From the NCBI GenBank assembly GCA_002427845.1, contig DIYZ01000279.1, positions 1 through 62,234 of the forward strand: a DNA stretch of 62,234 nucleotides. The letters are read 5' to 3'. Positions within the stretch are counted from its first letter, which is position 1; every line of letters begins with the position of its first letter. Below, in pieces: positions 1 to 7,400 of this stretch. The translations under genes were made by a program, and so were the position numbers. Origin of the DNA: Chloracidobacterium sp. UBA6041. GTDB lineage: Bacteria > Acidobacteriota > Blastocatellia > Pyrinomonadales > Pyrinomonadaceae. Under the pieces are notes generated by a model. It was not told the origin of the DNA. It saw only the letters and a list, made by a program, of their open reading frames with translations, and made no database searches.

Positions 1-142
1 TTACACCATGCACAATCGCCACGCCGACCAGACAAAGAATTCCCACACCGATCCACTTCGGAGGCAGGTGGAGCATGTTGGCTCCGATCGCCAAGCCGAT
101 GATTAGGATAATGTACCCTACGATATAAATCCCGAACGACAT
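1..142 (-). CDS. small hydrophobic membrane protein, 3' end cut by window edge
   Basis: ATG at 142-140 on minus strand, 7 nt after GGAGG (aatGGAGGgaaaacaATG). Hand translation is MSFGIYIVGYIILIIGLAIGANMLHLPPKWIGVGILCLVGVAIVHGV with no stop before position 1. Two hydrophobic helices. Confidence 0.4.
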   Translation of the reverse strand, partial: MSFGIYIVGYIILIIGLAIGANMLHLPPKWIGVGILCLVGVAIVHGV

Positions 143-400
143 TGTTTTCCCTCCATTGATTTCTTTTGCTTGTAGGACTGGGCGGCAAACCAGAACATCC
201 GATCTCTGGGTAGTGATGCAACATTAGCCCTGCAATGAGTAACATACAAGAGAAAAGCCTGTCTGCGCGGGGGCACACATACCGGGTTGAGTAGGACCGC
301 TCGCCGCTGACCACAGCTTTAGGCCAACATCCGACATTGAAGGACAACGAAAATAAATCCAAATCAGCAACTCCTAATGCGGAGTGCGCTGACCTTACAA

Positions 401-435
401 CCACCCCAGCCGGGCTGCCCGGCTCGGGACCCCGG
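401..435. repeat. GC-rich repeat ccaccccagccgggctgccc..gggaccccgg, intergenic copy
   Basis: The 20-nt stretch 401-420 is identical to 3554-3573 inside the oxidoreductase gene. Both copies end in gggaccccgg. Local hairpin agccggg-ctg-cccggct. Confidence 0.6.
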
Positions 436-600
436 TGTCAGCGCTTTGTTCGGCGGCAACCTGTTGCAGCCTTCGCTCAAATCGGATCATTCACCAGCGG
501 CGTCTAAGCCGCCGCGGACCAAAGCGGCGACAGGCGGGGTCCCCAGCGTGGCAACCGCGCTGGGGTGCTCGAGTCGCCGCACTCCAAGGAGAGGAAACTC

Positions 601-925
601 ATGGCAACGATCGAGAAGGGCCGCAAACTCTGACTCTCGTGAACGTCTTCACCGTAAGTCCGGATAAGCAGACCAAGCTGGCCGACCTGCTAGTTCGCGC
701 AACGGAAGAGACAATGCGGCATTTGCCAGGATTTATATCAGCCAGTATCCATCGGAGAGTAGCCGGCACCAAGGTGATCAATTACGCCCAGTGGCGCAGC
801 CAGGCGGATTTTGCTGCATGAAGGACAACCCCGAGGCGCAGCCTCACATGCAAGCGGCGGCGGCGCTAGCGAGCTTCGAGCCAATTGTCTGCGAAGTGGT
901 CGACTCGGTCACTACGGATAAATGA
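601..925 (+). pseudogene. antibiotic biosynthesis monooxygenase (ABM) family gene, apparently frameshifted
   Basis: The ABM-like translation is split over three frames. SD AAGGAGAGG plus ATG 601 gives MATIEKGRKL then a stop. The frame of 639 gives LTLVNVFTVSPDKQTKLADLL..PGFISASIHRRVAGTKVINYAQWRSQADFAA with a stop at 819-821. The frame of 818 gives MKDNPEAQPHMQAAAALASFEPIVCEVVDSVTTDK with a stop at 923-925. 639..925 is 287 nt, one nt short of a ~95-aa ABM domain. Confidence 0.55.
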
Positions 926-955
926 CGAGCAATGCGGTTACGCCGAGTGCGTTCG

Positions 956-2560
956 CTATTGGACTGGGCTCGCCAAAGTAGATCGCACATAGCTGTCTCG
1001 CGCTCTCACGGCAAGGTTGGGCTGATGCACGCGCACTTTGATCTGGCGGCGCTCGCCGCTCTGGACAGCGGATGGCTGGGGATAGTTCTGGGGATAGTAA
1101 CCAAGGCTGTATTGGCGACGCAGCTCCTCGGCAATCGTCGAGAACGCTTGCGCCAACTGCGCCGGATCGTTGGCCTGGTTGAGACGCCCACCAGTCTTCT
1201 CAGCCAGCTCATGTAGGTATTTATCCGCTCGCTCATAGTCGGCCCTGGTTGTTCCCGGCGGCGGAATGCCGCCAGTGGCTGGGCCGCTATAGATTACTTG
1301 TGAAGAGCTTCTGCCCGGAAAGGGCCAGTTACTGCTACTGGTCACGATTGTAATGCTGCCTGCACTTTGGATGGCGCGCAGGTAATCGCTCGTGTCGTAC
1401 TGAATCGGGTAGATGAGCGCGTCCAGCTCTTCGACCTCGCGTAGGGTGCTCTGATATGTTGCAAGGTAGCTTGACGTGTCCACGCCGTCCGTGAAAAGCA
1501 CGATAGCTTTCCGGCCCTTTATCTTGTTCAGACGCTCTTTAATAACGAGGTCAACTGCGTCATAGAGACGCGTGGAGTCGCCAGTGATCGCGTTCTGTTG
1601 AATGACTGTAGTGACAACTTTGAGGTCGTTTGTCGCCTCGGTCAAAAGAAGCACCTGATCGTTGAAGCTCACGACGAGCACGCGATCCTGGGGACGCAGT
1701 TGTGCTGCAAAAGCGATGGCCGCTTCTTTGATCTCCCACAGGTGGAAATGCGTAGAAGCCGAGGTGTCCAGGACGAGTGCCACCGTAAAAGGCTTTTCTG
1801 CGGGTTCGAAATAGGCGATTGACTGCTCGATGCCGTTCTCGAAGACGCTGAAGTCCTCTCGCCGGAGGTTTGGGACGAAACGGCCCTGGCGATCCAGGAC
1901 ACTCACGGGAACTGTGACGAGCGCGGTATCGACGCGCACGACGTCGCCCTCGCCCACCTCTTCTGGCCCAGGTGCGGGAACCGCGTTTGAAGGCGCATTC
2001 ACCGGTGTACCGATCGGCATCATGCCGGTCAATGTAGGTGGGGTAGGTGGGTTCGGCTCTGGCGTGGTCTCCGCGCCACGCAAGGAAGGAATGTCAGTAT
2101 CCGGTTCTACTACGCCAACCCGGCGCGGCCGCGAAACTGACGCGGTGGTTCCCGCCGGCTTTCGCACGCCGCGGTTCACCGCTACCGATCTCCGAGAGCC
2201 AGTATCCCGTTTTTTGTTCGCCGGTACTGAGCTCTCAGACTCAGTCTTCTGTTTTTTGTTCGCCGCTACCGAACTCTCAGACTCAGCATCCTCCTTTTTG
2301 TTCGCCGCTATCGAACTCTCGGACTCTGTATCCTGTTTTTTGATCACGTATGCGCCATGGGGGCAGGCCGACGTCGTCATGTAGGCAGTGATGATGTAGC
2401 CGGCCGGAATGGGAAGGCCCTGGCATATTTTTACAGTCGCACTGGGCGGCTTGCGAGCTGCGCTCCTGCTTACTCTTCGGTGCGTGGTTTGGGCGGGAGC
2501 GATCGCGGCCAGCAGCGTGACGCTCGTGACAAGAAAGAGAGAGGCGACAGGCAATTTCAT
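956..2560 (-). CDS. VWFA-related (acidobacterial-type) von Willebrand factor A domain protein, secreted
   Basis: 534-aa ORF with signal peptide MKLPVASLFLVTSVTLLAAIAPAQ. A beta-sandwich segment VRVDTALVTVPVSVLDRQGRFVPNLRREDFSVFENG precedes the VWA core FTVALVLDTSAS...IVLFTDGVDTSS. Confidence 0.85.
   Translation of the reverse strand: MKLPVASLFLVTSVTLLAAIAPAQTTHRRVSRSAARKPPSATVKICQGLPIPAGYIITAYMTTSACPHGAYVIKKQDTESESSIAANKKEDAESESSVAANKKQKTESESSVPANKKRDTGSRRSVAVNRGVRKPAGTTASVSRPRRVGVVEPDTDIPSLRGAETTPEPNPPTPPTLTGMMPIGTPVNAPSNAVPAPGPEEVGEGDVVRVDTALVTVPVSVLDRQGRFVPNLRREDFSVFENGIEQSIAYFEPAEKPFTVALVLDTSASTHFHLWEIKEAAIAFAAQLRPQDRVLVVSFNDQVLLLTEATNDLKVVTTVIQQNAITGDSTRLYDAVDLVIKERLNKIKGRKAIVLFTDGVDTSSYLATYQSTLREVEELDALIYPIQYDTSDYLRAIQSAGSITIVTSSSNWPFPGRSSSQVIYSGPATGGIPPPGTTRADYERADKYLHELAEKTGGRLNQANDPAQLAQAFSTIAEELRRQYSLGYYPQNYPQPSAVQSGERRQIKVRVHQPNLAVRARDSYVRSTLASPVQ
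2174..2341 (-). repeat. intragenic 42-nt tandem repeat x4 (14-aa units) in the VWFA protein linker
   Basis: Protein units KKQDTESESSIAAN / KKEDAESESSVAAN / KKQKTESESSVPAN / KKRDTGSRRSVAVN. The last unit is the most diverged. Confidence 0.8.
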
Positions 2561-2629
2561 AGTCGCTACCTCCGACGATGATATAAAACTTATTAGGCGG
2601 CATTATAGTCGCGGAACCGCTGTCCAGAC

Positions 2630-2648
2630 CAGTGGGCAGTGGGCAGTG
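2630..2648. repeat. heptamer array CAGTGGG x2.7
   Basis: cagtggg cagtggg cagtg read directly, in the spacer between the oxidoreductase stop and the VWFA start. Confidence 0.7.
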
Positions 2649-2686
2649 TAACAACCTGAATGGCGGCAATCACGATAGAAAGTAAA

Positions 2687-2699
2687 CAGCAATCAGCAA
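2687..2699. repeat. short CAGCAAT-family heptamer array
   Basis: cagcaatcagcaa. Same unit as the arrays at 4062-4089 and 13969-13996. Confidence 0.6.
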
Positions 2700-2713
2700 A
2701 GCACGCGGAAGAA

Positions 2714-2741
2714 CCCACCCGCTAACGCAGGTGGTACTGAC
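2714..2741. repeat. REP-like hairpin element, copy 1
   Basis: cccacccgctaacgcaggtggtactgac with stem ccacc/ggtgg and a 10-nt loop. The related copy at 62179-62207 has stem ccgcc/ggcgg. Confidence 0.55.
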
Positions 2742-2769
2742 AAGCGCCCTTGCTTACGACCGCCCCACA

Positions 2770-4035
2770 TTAATACACTTTTCGCTGTTGCACTTTTTCC
2801 TTAGTTGCCAGGGCAAACCTCGGTTCAACCTTAGCGTCGCCTGATATCAACGCCGCCACATGCTCGCCGACGGCTGGCCCGTGCTTGAATCCGTGGCCTG
2901 ACCCACCGCCTACCAGCCACACATTTTCGAACGCGGGATGCCGGTCGATCAAGAAGTCGCCATTCGAAGTGTTTTCATATTGACATACGCGTGTCTCAGT
3001 CACTACTGCCTTCGCCAACACCGGCATGCGCCGCGCTAGATAGGCGCGCACCGCAGCCAGACTATCAATAGATACAATCCTGTCGCCGGTGTCAGGATCA
3101 AACTGTGGTCCATGTGCATCGATCGCAATCTTGAAACCGCGGTTGTCGAGATTCGGAATACCATAGACGAGATCACTAAAGTCGATCCATGCCGGCATGC
3201 GCTCCGGCCCGAAGCGACTGTCACCTGAGGCATCTCCTGCGGGAACGCCGAAGAAAAAGACTTCCTGTCTGGTGGCGTGAATTAACTGCGCCAGCAACGC
3301 AGGGAAGATCTTTGGCAACCACGGTCCACATGCGAAAACGAATTCGTTGGCGAAGATTTCCCGGCCCGAGACCATATGAAGCGAATCGAGTCTGCTGCGA
3401 GAAGAGTCGGCATCAACATCGCTATCAAGTGGGAGGGTTGCTTCTTCCAGGTAAGTCACTCCGCGCGCCCGCGCTTGCGCGACGACAGCTTGCACTGCCT
3501 GACGCGCCATCAAGACGCCGCTATTCGGTTCGAGAATCCCCCACGTAATCGTCCCACCCCAGCCGGGCTGCCCTCCTCCACCCCAGCGGCGCTGCACCGT
3601 CGGGGACCCCGGAGAACCCAGTTCAAGCTGTGGATAACGCCGGAAAAGTTCAGCACGGTCGAGGCGTTCATACCCGACGTGGCATTGCTGAAGCGTTTCC
3701 AGCGTCGCCTCGCAGTAGGGGTCATTCTCCCGCGCCAGCCACAGGATTCCGGTGGGATGAAAGAGTCGGGGCGATATTCCAGTAGGGCCAATGTGATCGA
3801 AAAGTTCTTGCCAAAGCCCGAGCGAGCGCTGCGCCATCCGCGTGTAGATCTGATCCGGCCCATACCCCATCCGAATCATGCGCGACTCGCCGCCTGAACT
3901 TGCCCGACTATTTCCCGGTCCGTATGCGTCCACCAGGACTACTTCGGCGCGCGCGCGACTTAGTTGGTAGGCTGTCCACGCGCCAAAGACTCCTGCGCCG
4001 ACGACCGCGACATCGAAGGTCTTATTTGTGGTCAC
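2770..4035 (-). CDS. FAD-dependent oxidoreductase (DAO / sarcosine-oxidase-like family)
   Basis: 421-aa ORF with N-terminal dinucleotide fold FDVAVVGAGVFGAWTAYQL, LEPNSGVL and a C-terminal GGGSGHGFKHGP motif. Confidence 0.85.
   Translation of the reverse strand: MTTNKTFDVAVVGAGVFGAWTAYQLSRARAEVVLVDAYGPGNSRASSGGESRMIRMGYGPDQIYTRMAQRSLGLWQELFDHIGPTGISPRLFHPTGILWLARENDPYCEATLETLQQCHVGYERLDRAELFRRYPQLELGSPGSPTVQRRWGGGGQPGWGGTITWGILEPNSGVLMARQAVQAVVAQARARGVTYLEEATLPLDSDVDADSSRSRLDSLHMVSGREIFANEFVFACGPWLPKIFPALLAQLIHATRQEVFFFGVPAGDASGDSRFGPERMPAWIDFSDLVYGIPNLDNRGFKIAIDAHGPQFDPDTGDRIVSIDSLAAVRAYLARRMPVLAKAVVTETRVCQYENTSNGDFLIDRHPAFENVWLVGGGSGHGFKHGPAVGEHVAALISGDAKVEPRFALATKEKVQQRKVY
3544..3615 (-). 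repeat. GC-rich repeat carried in frame inside the oxidoreductase CDS
   Basis: Encodes SPGSPTVQRRWGGGGQPGWGGTIT just upstream of the conserved LEPNSG motif. 3554-3573 is identical to intergenic 401-420. Internally there is an imperfect tandem: ccaccccagccgggctgc / ccaccccagcggcgctgc. Confidence 0.6.
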
Positions 4036-4061
4036 GACGGTGATTGTATCGTGTATAGAAC

Positions 4062-4089
4062 CAGCAATCAGCAGTCAGCAATTAGCAAT
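4062..4089. repeat. heptamer array CAGCAAT CAGCAGT CAGCAAT TAGCAAT (x4)
   Basis: Read directly. On the minus strand it gives TAA, TGA, TGA spaced 7 nt apart, so all three frames are stopped. It supplies the last codons and the stop of the kinase fragment (..LLIADC*). Confidence 0.85.
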
Positions 4090-4388
4090 GACTCGCGCAG
4101 GGTCAGGCCATCAATGAACTCGGTAGCAATGAAGTAGGTGGAGTCTGCTTCTCCTACTTCATGGATAGTGATGATGTGCGGATGATTAAGTGCAGATGCT
4201 ACTTTCGCCTCTTGAAGAAAGCGGCGCACCCGCTGCTCGTTCGAGGCGACGTCAGCAGGAAGTATTTTCAGAGCAACTGTGCGGTCAAGCCGGGTATCAA
4301 CAGCCAGATATACTTCGCCCATGCCACCCGCACCAAGTTGCGAGCGGATCTCATAATGGGAAAGGCGTGTGCCTTTGGCGATGGACAT
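4068..4388 (-). pseudogene. Ser/Thr protein kinase N-lobe fragment (truncated)
   Basis: The 106-aa ORF has the Gly loop [13 protein letters not shown] lysine, alpha-C glutamate (FLQEAKV) and hinge ATEFIDG. It stops before any HRD catalytic loop or DFG motif. Confidence 0.7.
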
Positions 4389-4406
4389 GTGCGATTCCTC
4401 TGCATG

Positions 4407-7400
4407 CTAACCGTGGATGCGCAGGCTGGCATAGTCGACGGCTATGACACCATAAGATAGGGAGAGTCCCTCGACTTCTGGTCGGGCAAAACGGTAAGTC
4501 TGCTCGTGAAAGAGCGGAAGAAGCAGTCTATCGCGCGCGATGATTTCTTCGATCTGCCGATACACCGCATGCCGCGCCGCCGGCGATGTTTCTGATCGTC
4601 CCCGGGCTATCAGACGGTCCACTTCGGTTGAACCACATAGCTGTCCCAACAACCCCTCTTTGGTGGCCAGGATGTTAGCGAAGGTGTCGGCATCCGGATA
4701 GTCAGCCGCCCAGCGCCCCAGCACCACGTCGACGGAGCCCTGGGCCACCGCCTCCAGCCATTCGTCGATGGTCTTATTCATGGGACGAATTGTTACCTGC
4801 TGCTCGCGAAAAGAGCGTGAGATCTCGCGTGAGAAGGCCGCGTATTCTCCAAAGAACACCGGGTTAAGGACCGCGGTCAATTCCATTTCCACGCCTGGTT
4901 GCGGGGGCGCTGACGCGGATGCCGAAGGCATTCGTGGGGCGTATGTAGAATCATGACCAAGCAGTCCAGGCGGAATGAGCCCGTGCGCCGGGACGGCGAG
5001 CCGTCCCAGGGTTTGACGAACCACGCTCGCAACATCGATAGACTGTGCCAGCGTCTGCCGGAGGCGTTTGTCTTTCAGCGGTCCGCGGTGACTGTTGAAT
5101 GCAGCGTAGTAGGTTATGAGCCTGGGCATCTCGTGATAGCCGGACGCAAACTCAGGCTCGCGGCGCAGAACCTCTGCGTCCGCGGGTAACAGATCCGACG
5201 CCAGCGAAAATCGACCGGCACGGAACTGAGAGAGAATGTCCGTCGGCGCAACGCCGAAGTTGAAGGTAAGTCCTTCAATCTTAGGATAGCCACTGCGCCA
5301 GTAGGTTTTATTTCGTTCGAGTTCGAGGCGAACGCCTGGCTCAAACTTCACCACGCGAAAAGGGCCAGTTCCCACGCTGCCCTCCTGCCAGCCCCCCCCG
5401 AACTTGTCACTACCTTCGGGAACAATGGCTGCTGCGTGGTAAGAAATGAGTGCCGGAAAGAACGAGACTGGTTCATCCAGCTCGATCGTAAACTCGTCGG
5501 CAGAGTGAATTCGGAAACCGGCCAGGTCAGACTGCTCTCCGTTAAGGAGCGCCTTGGCACCGCGAATCGGAGAATAGAAGAAGCGGCCGGTGCTGTCAGG
5601 GTTCAGTAGTAGCCTCTCGAACGAATAGCGAACATCGCGCGGTGTCAGTTTGCGTCCATCATGGAAGCGGACATCATCTCGGAGGCGAAAACGATATCTC
5701 TTACCCCCCTGTTCGGCGGTGAAATCAGTCGCCAACCAGGGAACGATCCTCGCGCCGCCGACGTCGCGGGTTAGTGTTTCGAAGATGCTCGGCAGCACCT
5801 CTGCATCTTCCATGGTGCCCGCCAGTGAAGGATCGAGGCGGTGAAGTGTTCCGGTAATCGGGACTTCAATAGTTCCACCGCCCGCCCGTCCGATGTCGGT
5901 CGCTTTGGTCACCGATTCTAATTTGCCTATCTCGGCATAGTTCACATATGGAGCACTACCATGCAGGGTGAGGCCGAGAACTTTTGAGTTGGCCAGGCGA
6001 TAATCGACGTCGTGAAACAGCGGTAACACCATTCCTGATTCCTGCAAAAAACTTTCGTACTTCCTATAAAGTAATGCTCTGACACCGGGACGACTTTCTG
6101 TGCGTGCCTCTTCCAGAATCGGATCCCCTTCGGCCGAGGAGATGTATGCGCGGTATAAACCCACACGCGAATGGAAGAGGCCATAGGTAAAGTCGTCGGG
6201 ATCATCATAATCAGCGTTCCACCTGCCGATGAACAGATCTATGCCGGTACTATTCTGGAAGGATTCCAGGTAGGAGGCCATCGTGGGAGTTGCGACCTCC
6301 ACCTTCACGCCGAGCTCCGACCAGATCGAGAGCAGAGTTGTCAGCAACGACTTATATCGATCCAGGAACAGAGGATGCGCAGCTGCCCTGAGGCTGATTG
6401 GCTCATTGATGCCGGCTGAACCCAGCATGGCAAGGGCCTCGTCGCGAGTGAGTGTTTGGCGTCGCCTGCCAGGATCATACCCCAGCATCGCGGGTGGAAT
6501 CAGGCAGACGGCAGGTTGCGCAAAGCGCCCCAATGTTTGCCAAACGAGATCGTGCGTGCGCACTATCCCCGAGAGCGCCCGACGAAGGTCTGCGTTTCGG
6601 GCGACTGAACCACTCGTAGAATTGAATATGAGAAAGTAAGTATTCTTGCGCGGAGACTCAACCAACCCGCCACGAAAGCGCGGGTCGCGAAGAAACTCTT
6701 CAAGATCCTGGGGCGAGAGATCACGTGCGAGATCAATCGAGCCGGACCGCAACCCTGAAGCTATCTCTGAGGCGCTTAGGCCAGCGCGAAATTCCACCTC
6801 TTCAAGAAACGCTGAAGAACCCTTCCAGTATCTTTCATTGCGCTCAAGCATGATACGGTCAGGGCTGTACGCGGTCATTCGAAACGGACCCGTGCCGATG
6901 GGAATAGAATCGGGCTTTCCATCATCGACGCCTTCATCAACGTTAACAGTGATACCGGTCTTGTAATCTGTTAGCAAGGCGGGATAGATGGAAAGCGGGT
7001 CGGGCAATTGTATTTCCAATTTGTAATCTGAATGGACCAGAATTCCAGCTAGCTCCTTATCATTGCTCTTAGCGAATTCCGCGGCGCCGCGGATCGCCGC
7101 GAGACCTGGAGGTAGCTCGCGAGCCACACGAATGCTCCGCGCGAAGGAATCCTTGATAGCTTGAGCGGTCAGGGCCTGGCCATTCTGGAAGCGGACGTTT
7201 TCTCGCAGAGTAAAGAAGACTGAAGTGCCGTCGTCGGACACTTCCCATTTCTCACAGAGAGCCGGAATCAAATTGCCTTCCAGGTCTGTGGCTAAGAGCG
7301 TCTCAAAAACGTTCGCTAAAATCTCCTGCTCTTCCACGAGTTCCATATTGACCGGATCAATATCACCGAGCGGAGTGGCCAAAGCCACGACCAGTCTGCC

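Noticed and set aside
377-667. 96-aa plus-strand ORF and the long N-terminal extension of the 435..821 ORF.
   Set aside because: The translation is Pro/Arg/Ser-rich and sits over GC-rich repeat and hairpin sequence. Only the ABM-like part from ~630 onward looks like protein.
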